DNA of 61,524 nucleotides from Akkermansiaceae bacterium (lineage in GTDB: Bacteria; Gemmatimonadota; Gemmatimonadetes; Palauibacterales; Palauibacteraceae). Positions 18,143 to 27,272 of the stretch are shown piece by piece; the stretch's first letter is position 1, and each line of letters opens with the position of its first letter. Under the pieces are notes generated by a model. The model did not search any database, was not told the origin of the DNA, and worked only from the letters and a program-made list of their open reading frames with translations. Position numbers and translations under genes: made by a program. The stretch is taken from assembly GCA_964195715.1 (NCBI GenBank), contig CAXMRU010000243.1, positions 1-61,524 on the forward strand. Reading direction: 5' to 3'.

Positions 18143-21100
18143 ATGACGTACCGACCACTTCCTGCCAGCGTCGTCGCGCTGGAAGACGAGGTCCAGAGAA
18201 CCTGGGAGGACGAGGACACATTCCACCGGAGCCTCGAGCTCCGGCGGGGCGCGCCCGAATTCGTGTTCTACGAAGGGCCGCCCACGGCGAACGGCAGACC
18301 GGGCGTCCATCACATCATCTCGCGCACCATCAAGGACACGGTAGCCCGGTATCGTGCAATGACGGGCTGGCACGTGACTCGAATCGCCGGCTGGGATACT
18401 CACGGGCTTCCCGTGGAGATCGAGGCGGAGAAGCAGCTCGGCATTTCTGGAAAACCGGAGATCGAGCGAATCGGAATCGCGCGTTTCAACCAGGTATGCT
18501 GCGAGAACCTGTTCACCTACAAGGAGGACTGGGAGCTGTTATCTCGGCGTATCGGCTACTGGCTGGATTACGAGAACGCGTACATGACGTGCACCCCGGA
18601 GTACGTCGAATCCGTGTGGTGGGCCCTCGCTGAGATTCATCGCAAGGGCCTCCTCTACAAGGGATACAAGGTGCTGCCATACTGTCCGCGGTGCGGCACC
18701 GGTCTCTCGAGTCACGAGGTCGCGCAGGGATACCGTGTAGTGTCCGAGCCGTCGGTGTACGTCAAGTTCCGGCTTGAGGGCGATCCAGGTGGAGCCTCGA
18801 TCCTCTCCTGGACGACGACGCCGTGGACGCTTCCGGGGAACGTGGCTCTCGCCGTGGGCGAGGACATCGATTACCTGCGGGTACGGATCCGCGAACCGCG
18901 CGAGGACGATACGTCCTCCGCTGGATTCCCGAAGGGCGCGAGTCCGGGCGAAGAGCTGATCGTGGCGTCCGAGCTGGTGCCCGACGTTCTCAGGCATCCT
19001 TACGACGTCGTCGAGGTCGTGACCGGGGCCGACCTGGTGGGGAAGAGGTACCGACCCCTGTTTCCGGGAGCTGTGGATGCTGGCGGAAACGACAGGGCGT
19101 GGACCGTGCTCGCGGCTGATTTCGTCACGACCGAGGAGGGCACGGGAGTCGTCCACACAGCAGTCATGTACGGAGAGGACGACTTCAACCTGGGAACCAG
19201 GGAGAGACTCCCGATGCAGCACACGGTGGACCCGGACGGCCGATTCGTCGACCGGGTGCCCGGCGGCCTCGGTGGCCGTTTCGTCAAGGATGCCGAGACG
19301 GACCGGATGATCATCAATGGGCTCGCGGACTCCGACCTCCTGTATCGCAGGCAGATGTACGAGCACAGCTATCCACATTGCTGGCGCTGCGACAGCGCGT
19401 TGCTCTACATGGCACGAGACTCGTGGTACATCCGCACGACCGCGGTTAGGGAGAGGCTGCTGGAGAATAACGCGGCGGTCGACTGGCACCCGCCCGAGAT
19501 CGGAACCGGCAGGATGGGCGAGTGGCTATCGGGCAACGTGGATTGGGCCGTATCGCGCGATCGATACTGGGGGACGCCCCTCCCGGTCTGGGTCTGCGAC
19601 GCCGACGAGTCGCACGTCCACGTGATCGGGTCGTTTGCCGAGCTCGGTGAGTGTGCGGGCGGGATTCCGACCGACTTCGATCCGCATCGTCCCGAGATCG
19701 ACTCCATGACCTGGCCCTGCTCCGAGGAAGGCTGCTCCGGCACCGTACGGAGGGTGCCGGAAGTGATGGACGCGTGGTTCGATTCGGGCTCCATGCCGTT
19801 TGCCCAGTGGCACTATCCGTTCGAGAACGAGGACGTGTTTGCGACCCACTTCCCGGCGCATTTCATAGCGGAGGGAGTCGATCAGACGCGAGGTTGGTTC
19901 TATTCGCTCCTCGCGATCTCGACCCTGGTGTTCGACAGTTCGGCGTATCTAGGCGTCGTCGTCAACGATCTGATCCTGGACGACCACGGCCAGAAGATGT
20001 CCAAGTCCCGAGGGAACGTGGTGGATCCCTGGGAGGCCGTTGCCGAGCACGGAGCGGACGCGATCCGGTTCTATCTCCTTTCCTCGAGCAACCCATGGCT
20101 TCCGAAGCGCTGGGACGGCGAGGCCCTGAAGGAGACGAACCGCAAGCTGTTCGACACCCTTCGGAGCACTTATCGCTTCTTCGCGATGTACGCAGACCTG
20201 GAAGATTGGAGGCACGAAGACTCTGGAGCGGATACTGTGTCGGCTAGAGATCCGATCGATCGGTGGCTCCTCAGCCGCCTCGACGACCTCGTGACCTCCG
20301 TGAGGAGCGACTTCGATACGTACGATCTCACGCGGGCGGCCCGTCGCATCGCGACATTCGTGTTGGACGACCTTTCGAATTGGTACGTACGGCAGACCCG
20401 GGATCGTTTCTGGGCGACCGGTCAGGACGACTCCGCGGAGATGAAGAGGGGGACATCGAATGCGTTCGCCACGCTGCACGAGGCTCTGGCCACGACAGCG
20501 CTGGTCCTGGCCCCTATCGCGCCATTCATCTCGGATTGGTTGCACCGTGAGCTGACCGGAACATCGGCCCATCTCACGGACTACCCGGAGCCAGCTAGCC
20601 GGCGCGACGAGGATCTCGAAAGGCGCATGGAGGACGTGCGGCGTTTGTCCACGCTCGGGCGCGCGGCTCGCGAGGAGGCGGGCATCAGAGTTCGACAGCC
20701 TCTCGGGTCCCTGCAGGCAGTAGTACCGGGTGGTCGGCGACCGGGACCAGAGCTCGAAGCGATCCTGCGCCAGGAACTGAACGTCAAGGAAGTTGTATTC
20801 CCGTCCGGCAGTGACCATATTATACGGCTATCTGCGAAACCTGAGTTCGGGAAGTTGGGGCCCCGGTTCGGTTCGCTGACACCTCGGGTGGCGCGCGCGA
20901 TCGCCGATCTGGACGCGGACTCCGTCCGTCGACTGGAATCGGGGGAAGCCGCGTCGGTGACGGTGGACGGAGAGGTGTTTGAGGTCCGTGCGGAGGACGT
21001 CACCGTGGTCGAGGAGGCGTCAGGAAGCCTGAAAGTGCAGGCGCACGAGGGTTATCTGGTCGGGTTGGACGCATCGATCACGCCCGAGTTGGAGGCGGAA

Positions 21101-21361
21101 GGTCTGACACGGGAGGTCGTCAGCCGGGTGCAGCGCCTGCGGCGGGATTCAGGGCTGGAGGTCAGCGACCGCATACGGCTCGGGCTGGCTGCGTCGCCGG
21201 GTCGCTTGGCTGCCGCAGTTGAGGCGCACGGCGACTACATTGCGGGCGAGACGCTGGCCGTTGCCGTGACACGGGACCTCGGCGACACTGAGGAGCTCGA
21301 GCATACCGCGCGCGTCGAGATCGAAGGTGAGAGCATCACGCTCGGATTGAGCCGGGCCTGA
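18143..21361 (+). CDS. ileS: Isoleucine--tRNA ligase, type 2
   Basis: EGPPTANG-GVHH, GWDTHGLP, WTTTPWTLP, GTGVVH, KMSKS. Type 2 C-terminus with no zinc finger. Confidence 0.97.
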   Translation: MTYRPLPASVVALEDEVQRTWEDEDTFHRSLELRRGAPEFVFYEGPPTANGRPGVHHIISRTIKDTVARYRAMTGWHVTRIAGWDTHGLPVEIEAEKQLGISGKPEIERIGIARFNQVCCENLFTYKEDWELLSRRIGYWLDYENAYMTCTPEYVESVWWALAEIHRKGLLYKGYKVLPYCPRCGTGLSSHEVAQGYRVVSEPSVYVKFRLEGDPGGASILSWTTTPWTLPGNVALAVGEDIDYLRVRIREPREDDTSSAGFPKGASPGEELIVASELVPDVLRHPYDVVEVVTGADLVGKRYRPLFPGAVDAGGNDRAWTVLAADFVTTEEGTGVVHTAVMYGEDDFNLGTRERLPMQHTVDPDGRFVDRVPGGLGGRFVKDAETDRMIINGLADSDLLYRRQMYEHSYPHCWRCDSALLYMARDSWYIRTTAVRERLLENNAAVDWHPPEIGTGRMGEWLSGNVDWAVSRDRYWGTPLPVWVCDADESHVHVIGSFAELGECAGGIPTDFDPHRPEIDSMTWPCSEEGCSGTVRRVPEVMDAWFDSGSMPFAQWHYPFENEDVFATHFPAHFIAEGVDQTRGWFYSLLAISTLVFDSSAYLGVVVNDLILDDHGQKMSKSRGNVVDPWEAVAEHGADAIRFYLLSSSNPWLPKRWDGEALKETNRKLFDTLRSTYRFFAMYADLEDWRHEDSGADTVSARDPIDRWLLSRLDDLVTSVRSDFDTYDLTRAARRIATFVLDDLSNWYVRQTRDRFWATGQDDSAEMKRGTSNAFATLHEALATTALVLAPIAPFISDWLHRELTGTSAHLTDYPEPASRRDEDLERRMEDVRRLSTLGRAAREEAGIRVRQPLGSLQAVVPGGRRPGPELEAILRQELNVKEVVFPSGSDHIIRLSAKPEFGKLGPRFGSLTPRVARAIADLDADSVRRLESGEAASVTVDGEVFEVRAEDVTVVEEASGSLKVQAHEGYLVGLDASITPELEAEGLTREVVSRVQRLRRDSGLEVSDRIRLGLAASPGRLAAAVEAHGDYIAGETLAVAVTRDLGDTEELEHTARVEIEGESITLGLSRA

Positions 21362-21423
21362 GAGCCGCGTGCCGCGCTGCAACTGAAAGCAAGACACTCT
21401 TGAGGTTAGATCGGGGAACCGGG

Positions 21424-21807
21424 ATGAAGAAGAAGGACCTGAATCAGATTGAGAAGCGACTGCTTCAACTGAGAGAGCGGGCGCTGAAGGACCTGGGCCA
21501 CTTCGACGAGTCGTTCTCGAGCAGCGTGCAGGAGTCGGACGGAGACCTCTCGGCCTACAGCTTCCACATGGCTGACCAGGGAACGGACGCGATGGAGAGG
21601 GAGAAGGCCTTCCTGTTCGCCAGCAAGGAAGGCCGGTATCTGTATCACCTCGACGAGGCCCTGCGTCGCCTGTACCGGACGCCGAAGCAGTTCGGCATTT
21701 GCGAGGAGTGCGGAGACGGCATCTCGCTCGAACGTCTGGACGCCCTGCCGCACACGCGGCTGTGCATACGGTGCAAGGAGAAGGAAGAAACGGGTGCCGC
21801 CCGCTGA
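21424..21807 (+). CDS. TraR/DksA family C4 zinc-finger protein
   Basis: HMADQGTD coiled-coil tip, CEEC...ERLDALP...CIRC. Confidence 0.92.
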   Translation: MKKKDLNQIEKRLLQLRERALKDLGHFDESFSSSVQESDGDLSAYSFHMADQGTDAMEREKAFLFASKEGRYLYHLDEALRRLYRTPKQFGICEECGDGISLERLDALPHTRLCIRCKEKEETGAAR

Positions 21808-22342
21808 GACCGGTACTGTGGTCGAACCTGGAGCCGTGGCCGCGCTGAACAAGAGAACGCTCCTGATCGCCGTCGTGGGGTCCGTGGTCGTGCTGGACGT
21901 CCTCACGAAGATGTGGGCGATGAACAGTCTCACATTCGGTTACCCGGTCCCTGTGCTCGGCGAGTTCTTCCGGCTTACCTATACCCACAATCCAGGTGCG
22001 GCCTTCGGCATCAGCATCGGTGCCCACTCGCGGACATTTTTCCTCGTCCTGTCGTTGGTGGCACTGGTCGTTCTCGGCATGATCTATCGGTCGACCCCGT
22101 CGCGCGACGGTCTGCGACTGCTCGCAGTAGCCCTGGTAAGTGGAGGTGCGATCGGCAACATTATCGATCGAATACGCTTCGAGGCGGGCGTCGTGGATTT
22201 TCTCGATGTGGGCATCGGGGCACATCGCTGGCCGATATTCAACGTGGCCGACATGGCCGTGAGCATCGGAGCCACCCTGCTGTTGATTTCATTCTACTTC
22301 GAGGAAAAGGGCGGTGAAGAACCGGAGCCAGGAACCGGCTGA
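21794..22342 (+). CDS. lspA: Lipoprotein signal peptidase II
   Basis: NPGAAFG, GGAIGNIIDR, VVDF, FNVAD. Start uncertain. Confidence 0.96.
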   Translation: MPPAETGTVVEPGAVAALNKRTLLIAVVGSVVVLDVLTKMWAMNSLTFGYPVPVLGEFFRLTYTHNPGAAFGISIGAHSRTFFLVLSLVALVVLGMIYRSTPSRDGLRLLAVALVSGGAIGNIIDRIRFEAGVVDFLDVGIGAHRWPIFNVADMAVSIGATLLLISFYFEEKGGEEPEPGTG

Positions 22343-23306
22343 GCTTCATCGCTTCCGTATCGAGGAAGATCTCGACGATCGGCTGGATGCCTATCTGGCC
22401 GATCGTTTGCGTCTGAGCCGCAGGCGAGTAGCCGAGCTGATCGACACTGACCACGTGCGAGTGAACGACTCGCCGGTCAGGAAGAGCCGGCGCATACGGC
22501 TGGGGGACTGCGTAGAGGTACGAGTCCCGCCATCCCCTCCCACCGAAGTCACTCCGGAGCGCTTATCCATCGAGATCGTCTACGAGGACGATGATCTGGT
22601 TGTCGTGAACAAGTCCGCCGGAATGGTCGTTCACCCGGCGGTCGGCCACCGAAGTGGCACGCTGGTGAACGGCCTGCTGCACCGGCTGGGTTCCCTGTCG
22701 ACGATCGGTGAGCCCGATCGCCCCGGCATCGTGCACCGGCTCGACAAGGACACCAGCGGTTTGATGGTGGTGGCCAGACGGGACGAGGCGCATCGCATGC
22801 TCGCTCGCGCGATCTCCAACCGGGAGGTTCAGCGCGGTTACCTGGCTGCCGTCTGGGGACACGTCGGGTCCGACGAGTTCACGGTCGATCGACCAATCGC
22901 GCGGGACCCGAAGAATCGCCAGCGTATGGCGGTCGTCGAGGGCGGGCGGCCCTCGGTGACTCACGTACGTCGACTCGAGCACTGGCGATCCGCCGACCTC
23001 CTCGCCGTCCGGCTGCAGACCGGTCGAACTCACCAGATCCGCGTCCACCTGAGGGCGCTCGGCCATCCGGTCGTGGGAGACCCGCTGTATGGGGACCGGT
23101 GGGAGCGTGGCCTGCTCGGGGCCGGGGGGCGCTGGGCGGCAGAGCTCAACAGGAGAGCAGGGAGACTGTTCCTGCACGCTGCGCGCCTGTCCTTCCGTCA
23201 TCCTTCCACCGGCGACGAACTGAGCTTCATTTCTCAGCTGCCGGATGGTCTGCAGGCGGCAGTCGAGTGGGCTCGGGGCCGCGACAGGCCGGGAGAACCC
23301 GAGTGA
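22314..23306 (+). CDS. rluD: RluA/RluD family pseudouridine synthase
   Basis: S4-like N-terminus, VHRLDKDTSG, GRTHQIRVH, LHA. Confidence 0.92.
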   Translation: MKNRSQEPAELHRFRIEEDLDDRLDAYLADRLRLSRRRVAELIDTDHVRVNDSPVRKSRRIRLGDCVEVRVPPSPPTEVTPERLSIEIVYEDDDLVVVNKSAGMVVHPAVGHRSGTLVNGLLHRLGSLSTIGEPDRPGIVHRLDKDTSGLMVVARRDEAHRMLARAISNREVQRGYLAAVWGHVGSDEFTVDRPIARDPKNRQRMAVVEGGRPSVTHVRRLEHWRSADLLAVRLQTGRTHQIRVHLRALGHPVVGDPLYGDRWERGLLGAGGRWAAELNRRAGRLFLHAARLSFRHPSTGDELSFISQLPDGLQAAVEWARGRDRPGEPE

Positions 23307-24328
23307 TGCGCGTCCGGGCGGGGGCCGTGAGTCTGGTCCTGGTCGTGCTGGGCGTGCTCGCTGCGGCTCCGTGCTCGGGGCAGATCGCTCCAGGCGCGCC
23401 CCGGCACGTGGAGATACTGGGCGATCCCGGGCTGCGGGATCTCGGAGTGTCCCTGGCTGCGGATCCCTCTGTGTGGAGGAGCTTCCCCGGGATCGGAACA
23501 TTGCCGGAGATCGGCGTAGACTCGCTGGAGATCTGGCTGGCAGCGGATCTGAGCAGGGACGTGCCCGAAGGACTTCGGCACCCGGAGTCGTGGGCAGCCG
23601 GAACGGCCAATCCGTCGGGTGCGCGCATCGCATTGCGGACCGGTCCCGGACTCACCGGTCCGGGCGGTCTGAAGAGCGTGCTCAGGCACGAGCTCGCGCA
23701 CGTGGCGCTGGCGGCGGCAACGGATGGGAACTACTCGCGGTGGCTTACCGAGGGTTACGCGCAGTACGCCTCGGGGGAGTGGAGTTGGGAGGACGCCTGG
23801 CACCTCCAGTCGGTGTTCCTTAGCAGAGGCGCCGCTACGCTGGAGGAGATCGATCTCCGATTCCGCCGGCACAGCGCAGAAGCGCGCCTGGGGTACCTTC
23901 TCTCCTACACCGCGGTGCACGAGCTGGCGGCTCTCGGAGGGGAGGCGGGCCTGGCCGGAGTGTTTCGCCGCCTGAGCGAGGGGGCGACGTTCGAAGAGGC
24001 CGTGTGGCGAACGTATGGAATCACGGCTGAAGCACTCGAGACCCGTTGGAAGAGGTCTCTCGTCGACCGGTACGGGTGGTTGTACCTGCTCTCCAGGACC
24101 GGCGCTTTCTGGCTCGCCGTTACCGGTCTGGTGCTGTTCGTGGCCTTGAGGCGGGCCCGACGCGACCGGGTCCGGCTCGCGGAGCTGCGGGCTGATGAGC
24201 TGTGGATGACGCGGGCCTCGGAGACGGGTGTCCCCGAATGGGAGGCGACAGAGATGTCATCCGTGTCCTCGGCGGCTTCCGACCGGTCGGGGGACGTTGC
24301 AGACTCTCCTGGGTCAACAGCCCGTTAG
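23306..24328 (+). CDS. Exported, membrane-anchored zinc metallopeptidase (peptidase MA-like)
   Basis: Signal peptide, HELAH..WLTEGYA gluzincin-type motif, C-terminal TM helix. Confidence 0.8.
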   Translation: MRVRAGAVSLVLVVLGVLAAAPCSGQIAPGAPRHVEILGDPGLRDLGVSLAADPSVWRSFPGIGTLPEIGVDSLEIWLAADLSRDVPEGLRHPESWAAGTANPSGARIALRTGPGLTGPGGLKSVLRHELAHVALAAATDGNYSRWLTEGYAQYASGEWSWEDAWHLQSVFLSRGAATLEEIDLRFRRHSAEARLGYLLSYTAVHELAALGGEAGLAGVFRRLSEGATFEEAVWRTYGITAEALETRWKRSLVDRYGWLYLLSRTGAFWLAVTGLVLFVALRRARRDRVRLAELRADELWMTRASETGVPEWEATEMSSVSSAASDRSGDVADSPGSTAR

Positions 24329-24332
24329 TCGA

Positions 24333-24361
24333 TTGACGTGATATCCGTCATGGGATATCCT
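24333..24361 (+). promoter_or_regulatory. Promoter for the small membrane protein and tRNA-Val (probably leaderless)
   Basis: TTGACG-N17-TATCCT-N6-ATG. Confidence 0.65.
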
Positions 24362-24367
24362 TTCGCG

Positions 24368-24622
24368 ATGGACGGGAACCGCGGAGGCGAGGCCGGCAAC
24401 GGCGCGCATCGTCCACGGCCGGTCAGTCTGCTGGAGAGAAAAAACGTCGCTCTCCTGTTGATCGCCGCCGTGGTCATTTTGTTTGGGTATATCCTCCTGG
24501 ACGGTGGATCCGTCGTGCTTGCCCCCCTGCTGCTGGTAGCAGGTTACGTGGTGTTGATTCCCGCTGGGCTTTTGCTCGGATTCCGAGGCGAGACGGGCGA
24601 TCGGGCGGGCCAGGGCGAATAG
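24368..24622 (+). CDS. Small two-TM membrane protein (DUF3098-like)
   Basis: KN....GYILL..G...LAPLLLVAGYVVLIP pattern. Its stop codon lies inside the tRNA. Confidence 0.75.
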   Translation: MDGNRGGEAGNGAHRPRPVSLLERKNVALLLIAAVVILFGYILLDGGSVVLAPLLLVAGYVVLIPAGLLLGFRGETGDRAGQGE

Positions 24623-24687
24623 CTCAGTTGGTCCAGAGCGCCTGCCTTACAAGCAGGAGGTCGCTGGTTCGAATCCAGCTTCGCCCA
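24613..24687 (+). tRNA. tRNA-Val(TAC), CCA not encoded
   Basis: Acceptor stem GGGCGAA/TTCGCCC, D arm GCTC/GAGC, anticodon arm CCTGC-CTTACAA-GCAGG, T loop GGTTCGAATCC. Confidence 0.97.
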
Positions 24688-24807
24688 TTGTTCAGGATGC
24701 GGCGCGGGTGTTCCGAGTGAGGAACAATTCGCAGCAATCGAGTGTCGTAACGAGTGCGTGGGGAGAAGATTCCCCGTGTTCCCGAGAGAACATGTGAGGA
24801 CCGGAAT

Positions 24808-26565
24808 ATGAAGCGTACGATTCGGAACTGGACCGGGCGCAGCCTGATCGTGGCTGCTGCTTCGCTCGTCTTTGCGGCGGGAAGTGCCGTGGCGCAGGAG
24901 GGCAACGGCGGTTCCGGCGGTCGGGCCAGGGTGCTCGTCGCCCCGCTGCAGATCCAGGACGGAGTCAAGAAGGACTTCGGAAAGAAGGTGTCCGAGGAAG
25001 TTCGCGACGGCCTCGAGGAGATCCCCACGCTGGTGTCGATCGATTGGAAACAGGTCAAGGACGAGCTCCGCCGGCTGAAGCTGAAGGAGGAAGATCTTGG
25101 CCTGATTCAGTGGCGGCAGCTGGCCGGGCGTCTCGACGCGGATGTCGTGATGACCGGTTCCGTGGTCCCCGCTGCGGCCGGCAACGAGTTGAGCGTCAGC
25201 TTCATCGACTCCAAGAGCGGGGACGAGGTCGCCGTGCCGCCGTTCAGCGTTTCCGGAGACGGCAAGCAAGAAGTGAGGTATGCGGCGGACGTGATCGTGT
25301 CCGCATTCGGCGAGCAGGTGGATTACCGGCGCGCTCTCCTGTTTTGTCAGGACTACCTCGCGGCCGAGCAATACGAGGACGCGCTCAGGAATTGCAACAC
25401 GGCTCTTGAAACCAATCCGGAGAGCACGTCCGGGCATTACCTGCGCGGGCGGGTGTACATGGGCCAGGAGAACTGGGCACCCGCCGCCGAGGATCTCGAA
25501 TTCGTGGTCGAGGTTAACCCGGCGGAGGTCGACGCTCTTAACGCACTGGCATACGTCAACGCGCAGATGGGCGACATGGATCGGGCCGTCGAGCTCTATC
25601 GTGAGTACCTGAACTTCAATCCCGGTGATGCGAGCGTGCGCATGACCGTAGCGTTCGAGCTGGCTCAGGCGGGCGGCGAGGACGAGGCGATCAACCTTCT
25701 GCAGGATGGCATAGCCATCGATTCGACGAACGCCGAGCTGTGGGAGTTCCTCGGCAATGTGGCGCTCAAAAAGGGCACGACGGTTGAGGAGGGAGCGCCC
25801 GAGGCCGAAGGGGCAATCGCGGACGAAGAGGCGGTGCGCCTTGCGGTGGAAGCGTACGACCACGTTCTGGAGATCAAGGGAGAGGACATGAACCCCGAGA
25901 TCCTCCGGAACGTTATTGCAGCGAACCTGGGGCTAGGGGACTACGATGCCGCGCTCTCGTTCGCGGATCGCGCTCAAGCACTGATGCCGGAGGATGCGGG
26001 TTTGTGGTCGATCCGCGCCGACATCTACGGCCGAATGGAGCGGTACGATGATGCCGTGGCGGCGCTCGATCGAGCGCTCGGACTGGATCCGGCGTATCCC
26101 AACGCGCATCTGCGGCGCGGCTTCCTGAAGCTGCGAGCCGGCGACACACAGGGGGGTACGGCTGACCTGAGGACCGCGCTCGATCAGGGCGCCGATGTGG
26201 ATGTCGTGGCTGGCCAGCTTCTGGCGCGGGGGTACAACGACTTCTTCAAGGTCGGGCAGTATGATGATGCGATCGCGATGTTCGAGGTCGGGACGGGCCT
26301 GGCGAGTGCGGGCAAGGTGAGAGACCAGCTCTACTTCTTCACGGCATACGGCTACTATCAGCAGGGCGTTGCAATCGATAAGGGCAATGAGGTCAACGAG
26401 TCCTGCCAGCCTGCGCGGCGAGCCCTGTCAAAGTTTCAGAGGGTTCTGCCGAATCTGGACCGGGCCGGCAGCGAGCAGCCTCAGAGCCAGGCGCAAATCC
26501 GCGAGAGCTCGGACGTGTACATTTACAGGCAGGAGCAGATCATCCGGAAGAACTGCGGAGGCTGA
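24808..26565 (+). CDS. Secreted tetratricopeptide-repeat protein
   Basis: Signal peptide ending AVA-Q, N-terminal alpha/beta domain, multiple TPR helices. Confidence 0.85.
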   Translation: MKRTIRNWTGRSLIVAAASLVFAAGSAVAQEGNGGSGGRARVLVAPLQIQDGVKKDFGKKVSEEVRDGLEEIPTLVSIDWKQVKDELRRLKLKEEDLGLIQWRQLAGRLDADVVMTGSVVPAAAGNELSVSFIDSKSGDEVAVPPFSVSGDGKQEVRYAADVIVSAFGEQVDYRRALLFCQDYLAAEQYEDALRNCNTALETNPESTSGHYLRGRVYMGQENWAPAAEDLEFVVEVNPAEVDALNALAYVNAQMGDMDRAVELYREYLNFNPGDASVRMTVAFELAQAGGEDEAINLLQDGIAIDSTNAELWEFLGNVALKKGTTVEEGAPEAEGAIADEEAVRLAVEAYDHVLEIKGEDMNPEILRNVIAANLGLGDYDAALSFADRAQALMPEDAGLWSIRADIYGRMERYDDAVAALDRALGLDPAYPNAHLRRGFLKLRAGDTQGGTADLRTALDQGADVDVVAGQLLARGYNDFFKVGQYDDAIAMFEVGTGLASAGKVRDQLYFFTAYGYYQQGVAIDKGNEVNESCQPARRALSKFQRVLPNLDRAGSEQPQSQAQIRESSDVYIYRQEQIIRKNCGG

Positions 26566-26624
26566 TAACCCCTCGACTTCCTGTAACAGGATCCGGGCTC
26601 CAGCAGCCTGCTCACTGTGTGTTG

Positions 26625-26661
26625 GGCCCGGCGGGACACCACGTCCCGCCGGGCCTTTTTT
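26625..26661 (+). terminator. Intrinsic terminator after the TPR gene
   Basis: GGCCCGGCGGGAC-ACCAC-GTCCCGCCGGGCC followed by T6. Confidence 0.9.
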
Positions 26662-26696
26662 GCATCCTGTCGGGTGGGTCCCGGGAAGGCCGTACT

Positions 26697-26705
26697 TTTT
26701 CCACA
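26697..26705 (+). promoter_or_regulatory. DnaA-box-like 9-mer upstream of the dcw cluster
   Basis: TTTTCCACA matches TTWTNCACA and sits within a 10-bp inverted repeat. Confidence 0.4.
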
Positions 26706-26742
26706 ACCTTCCCGGGTTGCGCGGGGCAAAGTTGTAGGATAA

Positions 26743-26780
26743 AATGGGGTCCAGTGGGGAAAAGTGGAGAACTGTGGGGA
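26743..26780 (+). promoter_or_regulatory. MraZ-binding direct repeats
   Basis: ATGGGG, GTGGGG, GTGGAG and GTGGGG at 10-bp periodicity immediately upstream of mraZ. Confidence 0.8.
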
Positions 26781-26813
26781 TTCTTCCTACCTACCTGAAA
26801 GTGGTGGTGCGAA

Positions 26814-27245
26814 TTGGGCGGCTACCTCGGGAGCTACCTGTATCAGGTGGACGAGAAAGGCAGGGTCACGCTTCCGGCTGCGTTTCGCCGGGATAGTGAG
26901 GCCCAGTCGTTCGTCCTGATTCAGGCTCAGTCCGACGCCCTCACGCTCTATCCAACCGACACCTGGGCCGAGGTCCAGGAGCGCCTGCGCTCCCTGGCAC
27001 GAAGCGCACCTCGCTCACGGCACCAGTTGCTCAGCCTCACCGCCAATGCAGTCGAGATAGTACCCGATAAACAGGGCCGTATCCTGATCCCCGACCGCCT
27101 GCGACAGCGTGTGGGCATACGAGACGAAGCGAAGGTCGTGGGGGCCATCGACAAGATCGAGATCTGGGATCCGAAGCGGTTCTCCGAGGTCGTGGAAGAG
27201 ATGGGAGACGACTTCGGTGATCGGCTGGCGGGAATATTTGCTTGA
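26814..27245 (+). CDS. mraZ: Transcriptional regulator MraZ
   Basis: Two DxKGR/DKQGR motifs, IEIWD. Confidence 0.95.
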   Translation: MGGYLGSYLYQVDEKGRVTLPAAFRRDSEAQSFVLIQAQSDALTLYPTDTWAEVQERLRSLARSAPRSRHQLLSLTANAVEIVPDKQGRILIPDRLRQRVGIRDEAKVVGAIDKIEIWDPKRFSEVVEEMGDDFGDRLAGIFA

Positions 27246-27272
27246 TTCAGCAAGTCCGCCCAGGCCGGTCAG

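Noticed and set aside
24613-26565. tRNA-Val as the integration site of a genomic island
   Set aside because: No integrase, no duplicated tRNA 3' end seen, and the downstream genes are core genes.
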